A stretch of DNA of 64,000 bases from a candidate division FCPU426 bacterium. Its GTDB lineage: Bacteria; Oederibacteriota; JAAXVQ01; JAUVAV01. Of this stretch, positions 10,106 through 20,500 are shown piece after piece. A model generated the notes under the pieces. The model saw nothing but the letters and a program-made list of their open reading frames with translations. It had not been told where the DNA came from and did no database searches. How positions within the stretch are numbered: position 1 is the stretch's first letter; each line of letters opens with the position of its first letter. The stretch is taken from the NCBI GenBank assembly GCA_040756875.1, contig JBFLYH010000002.1:638978-702977 (forward strand), read 5' to 3'. Made by a program: the position numbers and the translations under genes.

Positions 10106-10918
10106 TTAAGCCTGAGGCGTATTCGGTTTTGGGCCGTGGCCGTGCCGGCGCCGGCGCGACCGCCTGAATCCGCCGGCCGGTTTCTCCGCGCCGGCCGCAG
10201 CCGGTGCTCCTGACGGCGCTCCGGCCGGGGCGCCGCCGGGCTGGGTGTCCTCGGCGGGTTTGCGCTTGGTCTTGGCCAGCGAGCCTTCGTATTCGTACGC
10301 CAGGCAGCACATCAGGCGTCCGCACAGCCCGGACACTTTGGTCGGGTTCAGGGAGAGATTCTGCTCCTTGGCCATACGGATGGAGACCGAGGAAAAATCA
10401 CGCAAGAAAGAGCTGCAGCACAGGGGCCGCCCGCAGCCGCCCACGCCGCCCAGGCGCCGGGCCTCGTCCCGCACCCCGATCTGGCGCATTTCGATCTTAA
10501 TGCGCAGCGCCTGCGCCAGCTCCTTGACCAGTTCCCGGAAATCCACGCGGTTCTCGGCGGTGAAGAAAAACACCGCTTTGCGCCCGTCCAGGGTGTAGGT
10601 GACGTCCACCAGCTTCATTTTCAAATCCCTGTCCTGGATTTTCTGCCGGCAGAGCCGGTACCCTTCCTGTTCCTTCTGGTCATTGCGGCGCTGCTGTTCC
10701 TGATCACGCAGTGTCGCCACCCGCACGATGGCGCGCAGGTTCGCGCCGGCCTGCTTTTCGGACAGGCGGCAGCACCCGCGCACGACCCGGGCCAGCTGCA
10801 AGCCGTGGTCGCTCTCCACCACGACTAGCGTGTGCAGGGCCAGCCCGCCTTCCTGGGGCGCGCGGTAGTAATACACGCACCCGCCTTTGAGAAATTGCAC
10901 GCCTACGACTTCCTGCAT
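10106..10918 (-). CDS. ricT: PSP1/RicT (YaaT) family protein
   Basis: RVDFRELVK, IEMRQIGVRDEA, CGRPLCC, SGLCGRLMCCL; between holB and metG. Confidence 0.9.
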   Translation of the reverse strand: MQEVVGVQFLKGGCVYYYRAPQEGGLALHTLVVVESDHGLQLARVVRGCCRLSEKQAGANLRAIVRVATLRDQEQQRRNDQKEQEGYRLCRQKIQDRDLKMKLVDVTYTLDGRKAVFFFTAENRVDFRELVKELAQALRIKIEMRQIGVRDEARRLGGVGGCGRPLCCSSFLRDFSSVSIRMAKEQNLSLNPTKVSGLCGRLMCCLAYEYEGSLAKTKRKPAEDTQPGGAPAGAPSGAPAAAGAEKPAGGFRRSRRRRHGHGPKPNTPQA

Positions 10919-10923
10919 TTCAT

Positions 10924-11916
10924 TCACCTCGCGCCGGCGCCTGTGCGCGGCAGCAGTTTCATCCACATGCGCTCCAACAGCAATTGCAGGTTCAGGTTCT
11001 GGGACTTCCAGTCCAGGGCCTGGAGCACCAGCCGGCACTGGTCCCACAACGTCTCGGGCGTCTTGCCGGACAGGGCGGCCCGCAGCTGGGCCAGCCGGTC
11101 CTGGTTCACGGCCAGCCGCGGCGAAACGCCGCTCGCCAGCACCAGCAGGTCGCGAAACCACGTCAACAGGAACACCAATGGCTCGACCGCCGCGCCCTGC
11201 CACTCGCTCATGGCCGCGGCCAGTTCCGGCCAGGCCTCCGGTTGGGCGGCAGCCGCCACCTCCAGCACCTGGCTGCGCAGGGCCTGCACCTCGGGATCGG
11301 AGAGGCGCAGCGCTTCGGCCGGCCGGCCGTCGGACAAGCGCGCCAGGGAGGCGGCGGTTTCTGAAGGCAGCCCGTGCTGCTCGGACAGCCATTGCGCCAG
11401 TAAGCCGGTATCCAGCGGACGGAACCGGACCTCCTGGCAGCGGGAACGGATGGTGGGCAGCAGCGCAAACGGCTGGCTGGTGATCAAAACGATCACGACC
11501 GCGTCCGGCGGTTCTTCCAGCGCTTTCAGCAGGCTGTTGGCCGCTTCGGTCGTCAGCGCATCCGCTTCATCCAGAATGAATGCCTTGCAGCGGCCTTCCA
11601 GCGGCTTCCAGCGCAGATTGCGTTGCAGGGTTTCGCGCACCTGGTCGATCTTCAAAGCCTGCCCCTCGGGTTCCAACAATACCACATCCGGGTGGCCGGC
11701 GGCCGCGATCTTCCGGCAGGCCGCGCATTCGCCGCAGGCGTCTCCGGCCTGGGGCTGCAGGCAATTCAGCGCCTGGGCCAGGGCCAGCGCCGTGGTACGC
11801 TTGCCCACGCCCTCGGGCCCTGAAAACAAATACGCGTGCGCTGCCCGGCCCTGGGACACTGCCCGCCGGAGAAAATCGACGGCCTGCGGCTGTCCCCATA
11901 CGGCGTTAAACGGCAC
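10924..11916 (-). CDS. holB: DNA polymerase III delta' subunit
   Basis: HAYLFSGPEGVGK, zinc motif, HPDV, ANSLLKALEEPP, LLPTIRSRC. Confidence 0.94.
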   Translation of the reverse strand: MPFNAVWGQPQAVDFLRRAVSQGRAAHAYLFSGPEGVGKRTTALALAQALNCLQPQAGDACGECAACRKIAAAGHPDVVLLEPEGQALKIDQVRETLQRNLRWKPLEGRCKAFILDEADALTTEAANSLLKALEEPPDAVVIVLITSQPFALLPTIRSRCQEVRFRPLDTGLLAQWLSEQHGLPSETAASLARLSDGRPAEALRLSDPEVQALRSQVLEVAAAAQPEAWPELAAAMSEWQGAAVEPLVFLLTWFRDLLVLASGVSPRLAVNQDRLAQLRAALSGKTPETLWDQCRLVLQALDWKSQNLNLQLLLERMWMKLLPRTGAGAR

Positions 11917-12568
11917 GGCAACGCTCCTTCATTACGGCCATTTTTTTCTGCACCACCTGCCAGGTCTGCCGGGTCACCGCGGCGAGGGGCCGGTCCGAGC
12001 GGATCAGGGCGATGCGCCTGGGTTCCCGCCGGGCGAGCCCGCGGTACGCCTGGCGCACGGCCTGCCAGAAGGCCGAGGGCTCCGATTCCATCCGGTCATG
12101 GGCCTGCTTGGCTTGAAAGGCCCGTTCCCGGCCCTGGCGCAGGGGCAAATCATACAACAGCGTCAGGTCCGGTTTCAAGCCGGCTGTAGCCAGTTTGTCC
12201 GCCGCGGCCACGGCAGCCGGGGGCAACGCCCGCCCGCCCGCCTGGTAGGCCAGGGTGGAATCGCTGAAACGGTCGCACAGCACGACCTGGCCTGCCGCCA
12301 GGGCGGGCCGGATCAACCGTTCCACGTGCTGGGCGCGGGCCGCCAAAAACAGGAGCAACTCAGCCGTCGGCGTGGGCGACTGGTCGGCGCGCTCCAGGAG
12401 CAGGGTCCGGATCTTTTCGGCCAACAGGTCGCCGCCCGGTTCCCGCGTGGTGGTTACCTGGAACCCTTCCACCCGCAGCCGGGCCGCCAGCAGTTTGAAT
12501 TGCGTACTTTTTCCGGAGCCGTCCAAGCCTTCAAAGGTAATGAAAAACCCGCGTTTCCGCGCTGGCAT
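11906..12568 (-). CDS. tmk: Thymidylate kinase
   Basis: FITFEGLDGSGKST, TREPGG, CDRFSDSTLAYQ. Confidence 0.96.
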   Translation of the reverse strand: MPARKRGFFITFEGLDGSGKSTQFKLLAARLRVEGFQVTTTREPGGDLLAEKIRTLLLERADQSPTPTAELLLFLAARAQHVERLIRPALAAGQVVLCDRFSDSTLAYQAGGRALPPAAVAAADKLATAGLKPDLTLLYDLPLRQGRERAFQAKQAHDRMESEPSAFWQAVRQAYRGLARREPRRIALIRSDRPLAAVTRQTWQVVQKKMAVMKERCRAV

Positions 12569-12745
12569 GATGGCTGCTCCTTGGCGGGCCCGACCCGCGT
12601 TCCCGGTCTGTCTGCAAAACGGTTCAGCCCTCTCGGCAGGCAAGACGAAAGACAGTTCCCCGGGGAAATTGAACGGAAGGGATATAATAATGGTTTTCGG
12701 ACCAGGACACAATCCCGTTTTCAGGCCGCCTGAGCCGGCACACGC

Positions 12746-13663
12746 TCAGGGAGCGGCCGCCCCGGCAGGCGTCAGCCAGTCGCCCTGAACCGATTCGAGC
12801 AACAACACCTTGGCCGGCTGCAGGGCCTCGTCTTCAGTCAGAATATTCCACTCCACCGGTTCCTTGACCAGCAACATCCGGGTTTGGGCCGGTTTGATCT
12901 CGGCGGTCAATTTCCTGGACACGGGCGTCAGGCGCTGCGTGTCCCGGGGCCAGACAAATTCCATCCCATCCCCCTGCCACAGTTTTCCGTCCTGGCCGCG
13001 GCTGAACAAATCCATGGCCTGCGCGCCCACGCCCTGGCGGGGATCCACCTGGGCCACGAGGGCCGCGAAATTCCCGCGCCGCAGCTGAAAGAAATGGATG
13101 AAAGGCGAAAAGTTCACGTCCGCGCCGGACAGGGGATAGGCCGCATAGGCTCCGTGCTGGCGCGCCCAGAGAATGGGCCAGCTGGGTTCGAAGTACAGGC
13201 GCAAGGGGTAGGTGCCCCGTTTGCCGTTTTCCGTCACCTCGAATCGGTATCCCAGCTCCACGAAAGGTTTGTACGTTACCGGCGGACGGCCCGCGGAATG
13301 GACCGCGGTCCATTGCAGGGCATCCACCCTGAACCAGATATCCTTGGGTCCGGGAAACGGTTTGAGCCCGGGCGGCAGTATTTTTTCCACCCGTGAGACC
13401 GGGATTAAATAGTAGAGGGACAGCCCCCGGCCTTCGCAGACCAGCGGCACGCCCGGAACATTCCAGGGCGCTTCGGGGAGTTTGAGAGGATCGTCAGCGT
13501 AACGCGCCTTCACCTCGCCGGCCGGCCGGGTTTCCCGCTTTTTTATGAACGGCGCCACATCCGCCTGGGGACCCTGGGCCGCCCAAGCCAGATTCAGGCC
13601 GAAAACCAGCAAACAAGCCAGCGGAACCGCCCGCCTGATTATGACCCCTGCTGATCCGATCAC
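12746..13663 (-). CDS. Exported protein, acetoacetate decarboxylase-like fold (tentative)
   Basis: Signal peptide; LPPGL and ELGYRFEV...GKRGTY...PILWARQHG resemble the ADC/DUF2071 pattern. Confidence 0.5.
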   Translation of the reverse strand: MIGSAGVIIRRAVPLACLLVFGLNLAWAAQGPQADVAPFIKKRETRPAGEVKARYADDPLKLPEAPWNVPGVPLVCEGRGLSLYYLIPVSRVEKILPPGLKPFPGPKDIWFRVDALQWTAVHSAGRPPVTYKPFVELGYRFEVTENGKRGTYPLRLYFEPSWPILWARQHGAYAAYPLSGADVNFSPFIHFFQLRRGNFAALVAQVDPRQGVGAQAMDLFSRGQDGKLWQGDGMEFVWPRDTQRLTPVSRKLTAEIKPAQTRMLLVKEPVEWNILTEDEALQPAKVLLLESVQGDWLTPAGAAAP

Positions 13664-13706
13664 TCCGAATGCCTCGCTTCCTTATTCACAACCGGGCCAA
13701 CGGCAG

Positions 13707-15428
13707 TTAAAACAGCCCCTTGACTTTGCCGTCCGGCGTCAGGTCGATGAAATTGCCCGCGGGCTGGGAAGGCAGACCCGGCATGGTCCGCATGTCCCCC
13801 AGCAGGGGATATAAGAATCCCGCGCCCACCGACGCCCTGACATCGCGCACCGGCACGCGGAACCCCCGCGGCCTCCCCTTGAGCTTGGGATCGTGTGAGA
13901 GGGACAGGTGCGTCTTGGCCATGCAGATCGGAAGACGGTCGTACCCCAAACGGGTATACAGCTCGATTTTCTTCTCGGCCTCGGGCAGATAGTCCACGCC
14001 GTCGGCGCCGTAAATCTTGGCGGCAATGGTCTCGATTTTCTCCTTGATCGGCGCTTCCAGGGGGTAGAGAAACTTGAACGCCGAGGGCTGCTGGGCCGCC
14101 GCCACGACGGCTTCGGCCAGCGCCCGGCCGCCTTCCCCGCCGCGCGCGTGCACTTCGGAAGGCACGGCGGCCACGGCGCCGTATTTCAACGCCTGCCGCT
14201 TGATCAGTTCCAGTTCCTGCGGCTGGTCCGTGGCGAAGCGGTTGATGGCCACCACCACCGGCACGCCGTGCAGCCGCACGGCGGCGATGTGCTGCTCCAG
14301 GTTTTCGCACCCCTTCAGCAGGGCTTCGTCGTTGGCTTTGGCCACCACGTCGGGATCCAGGGCCTTTCCCGGCCGCACCTGGAAGGCACCGCCGTGCATT
14401 TTCAAGGCCCGGACCGTGCAGGTCAGAATCACGGCATCCGGCCGCAATCCCGAGTAGCGGCATTTGATGTTCATAAACTTTTCGCAACCGCAATCCGCGC
14501 CGAAACCGCTCTCGGTCACCACATAGTCGGCCAGCCGCAGCGCCATCTGGTCCGCGATGATGGAGGAATTGCCGTGGGCGATGTTGGCGAAGGGACCGGC
14601 GTGGACGAACACCGGGGTGTGTTCCAGGGTTTGCATCAGCGTCGGCAAAATCGCGTCCTTCATCAGCACGGCCATGGAGCCGGCGCACTGCAGTTCCTCG
14701 GCTGTGACCGGCTGTCCGCCGCGGGTGGTGCCGACCACGATCGCGCCCAGACGCCGGCGCATGTCCGGCAGGTCTTTCGCGAGGGCCAGAATGGCCATGA
14801 CTTCCGAGGCCACTGCGATGTCGAACCCGGTTTCGCGGGGCAGGCCGTTCTCCGCTCCGCCCAGCCCCACCACGATCTGGCGCAGGGCGCGGTCCGAAAT
14901 ATCCACCACCCGTCGCCAGGTGATGGACAAGGGATCCAGGTCCAGGCGGTTGCCGTGCAGCAGGTGGGAGTCGATGTAAGCGGCCAGGAGGTTGTTGGCC
15001 AGGGAGACGGCGTGAATGTCGCCGGTCAGGTGGAGGTTGAAATCCTCCATGGGGATGACCTGCGCGTACCCGCCGCCCGCGGCTCCGCCCTTGATCCCGA
15101 ATACCGGGCCGAGCGAAGGCTGGCGTATGCAGGTGGCGACCTTTTTCCCGATTTTGGCCAGGGCTTGGGAAACGCCGATGGTGGTGACGGTCTTGCCTTC
15201 CCCCAGGGGGGTGGGCGTAATGGCGGTCACATCAATGTATTTGCCGAGGGGGCGAGCCGCGAGACGGTCCAGCAATTCCAGACGGACTTTGGCTTTGTAG
15301 TTGCCGTAAAGCTCAAGGAAATCTTCGGGGATGTCCAGTTGGCGGGCAATGTCCCGAATGGGCTGAAGGCGGGCCGCCTGCGCGATTTCCAGGTCGCTGG
15401 GGATCGTAGCCGAGGCCTGTGCAGTCAT
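13707..15428 (-). CDS. fhs: Formate--tetrahydrofolate ligase
   Basis: TPTPLGEGKT, KGGAAGGG, HAGPFANIAHG, ESGFG, MPGLP. Confidence 0.97.
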   Translation of the reverse strand: MTAQASATIPSDLEIAQAARLQPIRDIARQLDIPEDFLELYGNYKAKVRLELLDRLAARPLGKYIDVTAITPTPLGEGKTVTTIGVSQALAKIGKKVATCIRQPSLGPVFGIKGGAAGGGYAQVIPMEDFNLHLTGDIHAVSLANNLLAAYIDSHLLHGNRLDLDPLSITWRRVVDISDRALRQIVVGLGGAENGLPRETGFDIAVASEVMAILALAKDLPDMRRRLGAIVVGTTRGGQPVTAEELQCAGSMAVLMKDAILPTLMQTLEHTPVFVHAGPFANIAHGNSSIIADQMALRLADYVVTESGFGADCGCEKFMNIKCRYSGLRPDAVILTCTVRALKMHGGAFQVRPGKALDPDVVAKANDEALLKGCENLEQHIAAVRLHGVPVVVAINRFATDQPQELELIKRQALKYGAVAAVPSEVHARGGEGGRALAEAVVAAAQQPSAFKFLYPLEAPIKEKIETIAAKIYGADGVDYLPEAEKKIELYTRLGYDRLPICMAKTHLSLSHDPKLKGRPRGFRVPVRDVRASVGAGFLYPLLGDMRTMPGLPSQPAGNFIDLTPDGKVKGLF

Positions 15429-15492
15429 GCTGACTCCCCCCTTATCGACGCCGCCGGCACGGGCGCGGTTGGCTCGCCGATCCGCAACCGCA

Positions 15493-16884
15493 TCAGCGCT
15501 TTCTCGGACTCCTGGGTTTTGTGGTTTTGTTTTCCGCGGCGGCTTCCGGGGTGGGAACGGCGGTCGGCGCCATGGTCTGATCGGCCGCCGGTGGCATATC
15601 CGTGGATTCCGGCGGCATGACGCGGGCCTTTCCGCCAACGCGTTTTTGCATTTCCAGACGGTTGAGAATATTTTCGATGTGCCGTTTGATCCAGTCGCTT
15701 TTTTCGGATTTCACCAGGCTCTTGAGGATATTTCCCGCCTCCACCGAACCGACCTCATCCAAGGCGGTGACCACGGCCCAGCGCACCCGTTCCGAGGAAT
15801 CGGTCGTCATCCGCTTCAGGATATCCACGGCCTTTTCGTTTTTGATGCGTCCCAAGGCCGCCACGGCTTCCTCGCGGATGGTTTCATCCTTGTCCATGGT
15901 CATCTTCTGCACAGTGTCCAAATGCTGCGGGCCCGCGGCCTCGGACAAGGCGTGGGCCACGGCCACCCGAACCACCGGGTCCTCTTCTTTTAAAAGCGGC
16001 AACAAGGCGGGTACGGCGCCCGGGGTGCCCAACCGGCCCAGGGCCAAGGCCGCTTCGCGCCGGGTGGTGTTTTCCTTCTCGGACAAGGCGCGAATCAGCA
16101 CATCCTCGGCCCGGCTGTCCCCCAGATTGCCGAGCGCCATGATGGCGGCGCGCCGGACAAAGGGATCCTTATTGTCCGCCGCCTGGATCAGATCCGGCAC
16201 CGCGCCCTTGGCGTTCATCCGGCCCAGGGCCATGGCGGCGTCGCCTTGCAGCATCGGAATGCCGGACTTCAACGCCCCTACGATTTTCTGAATGGCGGTG
16301 GGATCGCTGAAATTCGTCAAAACCCAGATCGCGCGCCGGCGGACCATGACTTCCGGATCCTCCATGGCCTTCATCAAGTCGCCCAGCACCATGGCTTCCG
16401 GCAGTTTGCCCAAGGCCAGGACCGCCTGCTCGCGGACCATGAGCGAAGGGTCGGACAGGAACGGCTTGACGGCTGCGTAACGATCTTTGCCTCCCAGGTT
16501 GATCAGCGTAAACACCGCCGCAGACCGAACCCGTTCGTTCTTGTCCTTGAGGAGCGGCTCCACCTGATCCAATTGCGAGGCATCCCCCCAGGCGCGCATT
16601 GAAATCAAAGCGTTTTCGCGCACACGTTCGTCCGGGTCCTGCAGGGCCTTGAGCAGGCGCGGAATCACGGACTTGTCCCCCACCCCGCCCAGAGACATCA
16701 CTGCTTCCCGCCTTAACGCGGCGTCTTTTGATTCCAGCATGTGGGTATATTTACTCATCATGGCTTTGCGCTTATGTTCCCAGGATCTCGGGGCACGCAC
16801 GAGCATGGAAACGACCAAAGCCGCTCCCGCCAAAACGAGAACTGCCATGGTCACCCAAATAATCTTGGTTTTTTGGCTTGCCAT
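15493..16884 (-). CDS. Membrane-anchored HEAT (PBS-lyase-type) repeat protein
   Basis: One N-terminal transmembrane helix, then about 11 repeats of the L.D.D..VR..A..ALG type. Confidence 0.85.
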   Translation of the reverse strand: MASQKTKIIWVTMAVLVLAGAALVVSMLVRAPRSWEHKRKAMMSKYTHMLESKDAALRREAVMSLGGVGDKSVIPRLLKALQDPDERVRENALISMRAWGDASQLDQVEPLLKDKNERVRSAAVFTLINLGGKDRYAAVKPFLSDPSLMVREQAVLALGKLPEAMVLGDLMKAMEDPEVMVRRRAIWVLTNFSDPTAIQKIVGALKSGIPMLQGDAAMALGRMNAKGAVPDLIQAADNKDPFVRRAAIMALGNLGDSRAEDVLIRALSEKENTTRREAALALGRLGTPGAVPALLPLLKEEDPVVRVAVAHALSEAAGPQHLDTVQKMTMDKDETIREEAVAALGRIKNEKAVDILKRMTTDSSERVRWAVVTALDEVGSVEAGNILKSLVKSEKSDWIKRHIENILNRLEMQKRVGGKARVMPPESTDMPPAADQTMAPTAVPTPEAAAENKTTKPRSPRKR

Positions 16885-16967
16885 TGAACGTCCTCCTTCG
16901 ATGCCTATCATTCAAACCGCCAAGATGCAAATTATAACACGCTGGCCAGGGTCCCGCATTAAAAAAG

Positions 16968-18080
16968 TCAAGGCAGGCATTGCCCGCAGATCGCCTGGAT
17001 ATCCATGTATTGGCCGACCAGTTGGATCGCCTGTTCGATTTTGTTGCTTTCCTCGGGCGTGATTTTCACCATTAAATCGTGGATTTGCGAGGCCACGGTA
17101 TAGGTGTCCTTGGAGCAGGTGATAACCGGGATCCGGGCGCGGTGAATCAGCTCCAAAATCGCCGGATGCGGAATGGTGTGCCCGGTCAGCACGATGCCCG
17201 AGACCATGCCGGGCTGGCTTTGTTCGTCCGAAATAGCCATGCCGATGGAGGCTAGGATGATGTCCTCGCGGTCGCCGGGTGTGATAATCAGTGATCCGGG
17301 CTTGAAATAATCCAGGGCCTGGTGGGCGCTCATGGCCCCCACCAAGTTGTGCTTGACCGGGGCCTCCAGGGCCGCTTCGCTGACGTCCTGACTGATCAGC
17401 TCTCCGCCCACTTCGATCATCACTTCCTTCACGCTCGGCGCCGAAAGCACGTCGTCGAACGGCAGCACGCCCAATACGTTGATTCCTTTTTGGGCGAACC
17501 CTTTGGTGGCCAGTTCCTTCACCTGCTCGTATTTATGCGGCTTCACCTTGTTGATGACCACGCCGGCCAACGGCACGCCCGCTTCACGCAGCAATACGTA
17601 ATTCAGCGCGACTTCATCGATCGGACGGCCAACGCCGCCCGGCGCCACCATGACCACCGGCGTTCCGAGCAGCTGCGCCACCCGGGCATTGGACAAATCC
17701 AGCACCGAGCCCACGCCCGCATGGCCGGTGCCCTCCACTACTACGAAATCGCGGCCCTGACTCACCCGGTCGAAAGCTTCCTGGATCTGCTCGGCCAGCC
17801 GGCTGTCGCGGCCGTGGCGGATATAATCGGCCGTGAACCCTTTGCCGACCCGCACGGGATTCATGTCCTGCAGATGGCTGCCGATATGAAAGACCCGCTC
17901 CATCAGCACCGCATCTTCGTCGACTTCCACCCCTTCCGCGACGATGGTGCGCTGGCCCACGGGCTTGATGTATCCCACGTTTTTGCCGCTGCGGCTGAGC
18001 GTGCCGAGAATCCCCAGGGACAGCAGCGTCTTCCCTACGTTTTGGTGCGTGGCTGCAATGAAAATTTTCCCGCCGCTCAT
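16968..18080 (-). CDS. BioD-like/DRTGG protein (stand-alone phosphotransacetylase N-terminal domain)
   Basis: NVGKT, GYIKPVG, VVVEGTG, ITPGDRED. Confidence 0.85.
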   Translation of the reverse strand: MSGGKIFIAATHQNVGKTLLSLGILGTLSRSGKNVGYIKPVGQRTIVAEGVEVDEDAVLMERVFHIGSHLQDMNPVRVGKGFTADYIRHGRDSRLAEQIQEAFDRVSQGRDFVVVEGTGHAGVGSVLDLSNARVAQLLGTPVVMVAPGGVGRPIDEVALNYVLLREAGVPLAGVVINKVKPHKYEQVKELATKGFAQKGINVLGVLPFDDVLSAPSVKEVMIEVGGELISQDVSEAALEAPVKHNLVGAMSAHQALDYFKPGSLIITPGDREDIILASIGMAISDEQSQPGMVSGIVLTGHTIPHPAILELIHRARIPVITCSKDTYTVASQIHDLMVKITPEESNKIEQAIQLVGQYMDIQAICGQCLP

Positions 18081-20500
18081 GTCCCGGACCTCCCGGGCCT
18101 GCCCGCCAGCAGACGTTCCACCACTTCGACGCTGCGTCCGGCGTCCACGGCATAGCCGTCCGCGCCGATCTCGTCGGCGAAACGCTGCGTTACCACCGCG
18201 CCTCCAACGATGACCTTGGCCGCCAGGCCGCGCGCCTTGACCAGCTTGACCACCTTGGCCATTTCGACCATGGTGCTGGTCATAAGCGCCGACAAGCCGA
18301 TGAAGTCCGCGCCGGCCGCCTCCGCTTCTCTAACGATCGTTTCCTCATCCACGGATTTGCCGAGGTCTACGATCTTGTATCCGTGGTTTCTCAACACCAA
18401 ACCGACGATTTTCTTGCCGATGTCATGGACATCGCCCTTCACCGTGGCCAGGACCCCCACGCCCTTGATTGCACCGGACGCGAGCGACAGCCTGGGCGCC
18501 AGGGACTGCATGCCCGCTTCCATGGCCTCCGCCGAGGCCACTAATTGAGGCAGAAAATACTCCCGCCGGTTGTATTTCTCGCCGACCTCGCGGATGGCGG
18601 GAATCATGAGCTCGGCGACCAGACGGTCCGCCGCCACCCCGGCTGCCAAAGCGTCTTCGACGGCGGACGTCACTCCCTGACGGTTCCCTCCGATGACCGC
18701 AGCGCGCACCCGCTCCTCCGGCGGCTGAGAGGCGTGCGGAACAGCAAGCTCCCTTTTTTGGACAACGGCAAACCTCCGGATCAGTTCCTGGCCGCGTTCG
18801 TCCCGACCGGTCAGCGCCTCGGCGCTGGCTTTCAGGTTCATGACTACTTCGTCCGCCGGATTCGCCAAAACCAGCGAGAGCCCTTCAGCCGCGGCCTGGG
18901 CCAAAAAAGCGCCGTTTAGAAACGACCGCCCGGGGAGCCCGAACGAGACGTTGGACAGGCCGATCACGGTATGCAACCCCAGTTGTTGCGAGGCGTACCG
19001 GATCAGCTTCAGGGTCTTCGTCGGCTGATCGGCCCCGGTCGCCACGGTCAGAGCCAGACCATCGACCACCACTTGCGAGCGGGCCACGCCATGTTTGTCG
19101 CAGGCCTGGAGAATCCTTTCCAGCACCTCCAAACGTCCTTCAACGGTTTCGGATATTCCCCGGTCATCCACAGGCAGTATGATGCAGGCCGCACCGTATT
19201 TGGCAATAACAGGCAGCAACTTCTCGAGTTTGGCTTTTTCGCCGGAGAGGGAATTGACCAGCGCCTTGCCGGGGTACAGGCGCAAGGCCGCCTCCAAAAC
19301 CTCAGGATGGCTCGAATCCAGGCACAATGGCAGATCGGACGCCACGCTGAGCTCCACCACCGCTTGTTGCAAAAGAGCCGCTTCGTCCGCTCCGTCAACG
19401 CCGACGTTGACGTCCAGCACGTCCGCTCCCTGGCCCTGTTGTTCCTGGGCGAGGGCGCGGACCCGCTCCATTTTTCCCGCGCGCAGTTCGTCCTGCAATT
19501 GAGGCTTCCCGGTCGGATTGATTCTTTCTCCAACGACCCTGATGAGCCCCTGTCCGGGCGCGGACAGCTGCAACGTCTGCCGCGGACCGGCCACTGTGAA
19601 GGCTTCCGCCGGCCTGATCGCTGGTCGCAACTCGCGCGCGGCCACGGCGCGGGCGAGTTCGCGGATATGGTCCGGCGTGGTTCCGCAGCATCCGCCCAGA
19701 GCGTTCACGCCAAGCTTCCAAAACGTTTCCGCGAAGGCGGCGAACTCGATCGACCCCATGGTATAGGTGGTTTCCCCGGCCCGCACCTGCGGCAATCCGG
19801 CATTTGGTTTGATCCAGATCGGAATGCGGGCCAACGGCGCGATTTGCTCGACCAGCGGCACGATGTGCTCCGGGCCTGTGGAACAATTGATGCCAAATCC
19901 GTCGGCACCCAAGGCGGCAAGGATGGTCAAACACGTGACCGGATCGCTGCCTGTCAGCGTGCGGCCCTGTTCGTCAAACGTAAGGCTGATGACAACGGGC
20001 AGGCGGGTGTTTTCTTTGGCCGCCAGCAGGGCCAAACGGGCTTCTTGGATGTCCAACTGCGTTTCCACAACCAATAAATCCACACCCGCAGCTTCCAAAG
20101 CTTTCATCTGTTCGGCAAAAATCCCCACCCCTTCTTCCACCGATCGTTCGCCGAAAGGACGGAAAAACTCGCCGGTCGGCCCGATGTCTCCGGCCGCCCA
20201 GGCACCCTGAGCGTGCGCCAGTTTAACCGTGGCTTCGGCCAAGCGCTGATTCAATTCAGATACGCGCTTTTCCCACTGATAATGCCGGAGTTTGCTGCGG
20301 TTGGCCCCAAAGGTGGGCGTATATATAATGTTGGCGCCGGCGGTCAGGTATTCTTCCTGGATTTTACGGACCACCTCGGGGTGTTCAAGGCAAAACAGTT
20401 CCGGCGCCGCGCCTGCTGGCATGCCGCGACGCTGCAACATGGTTCCAGTAGAACCATCCAGAAGCATCAATTTTGTGTTTTTAAGCGGTTTTTCAATCAT
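18077..20500 (-). CDS. metH: Cobalamin-dependent methionine synthase lacking the activation domain
   Basis: Homocysteine domain (LLDGSTGT, GGCCGT), pterin domain (GERINPTG), B12 motif GDVHDIGK. Confidence 0.92.
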   Translation of the reverse strand: MIEKPLKNTKLMLLDGSTGTMLQRRGMPAGAAPELFCLEHPEVVRKIQEEYLTAGANIIYTPTFGANRSKLRHYQWEKRVSELNQRLAEATVKLAHAQGAWAAGDIGPTGEFFRPFGERSVEEGVGIFAEQMKALEAAGVDLLVVETQLDIQEARLALLAAKENTRLPVVISLTFDEQGRTLTGSDPVTCLTILAALGADGFGINCSTGPEHIVPLVEQIAPLARIPIWIKPNAGLPQVRAGETTYTMGSIEFAAFAETFWKLGVNALGGCCGTTPDHIRELARAVAARELRPAIRPAEAFTVAGPRQTLQLSAPGQGLIRVVGERINPTGKPQLQDELRAGKMERVRALAQEQQGQGADVLDVNVGVDGADEAALLQQAVVELSVASDLPLCLDSSHPEVLEAALRLYPGKALVNSLSGEKAKLEKLLPVIAKYGAACIILPVDDRGISETVEGRLEVLERILQACDKHGVARSQVVVDGLALTVATGADQPTKTLKLIRYASQQLGLHTVIGLSNVSFGLPGRSFLNGAFLAQAAAEGLSLVLANPADEVVMNLKASAEALTGRDERGQELIRRFAVVQKRELAVPHASQPPEERVRAAVIGGNRQGVTSAVEDALAAGVAADRLVAELMIPAIREVGEKYNRREYFLPQLVASAEAMEAGMQSLAPRLSLASGAIKGVGVLATVKGDVHDIGKKIVGLVLRNHGYKIVDLGKSVDEETIVREAEAAGADFIGLSALMTSTMVEMAKVVKLVKARGLAAKVIVGGAVVTQRFADEIGADGYAVDAGRSVEVVERLLAGRPGRSGT

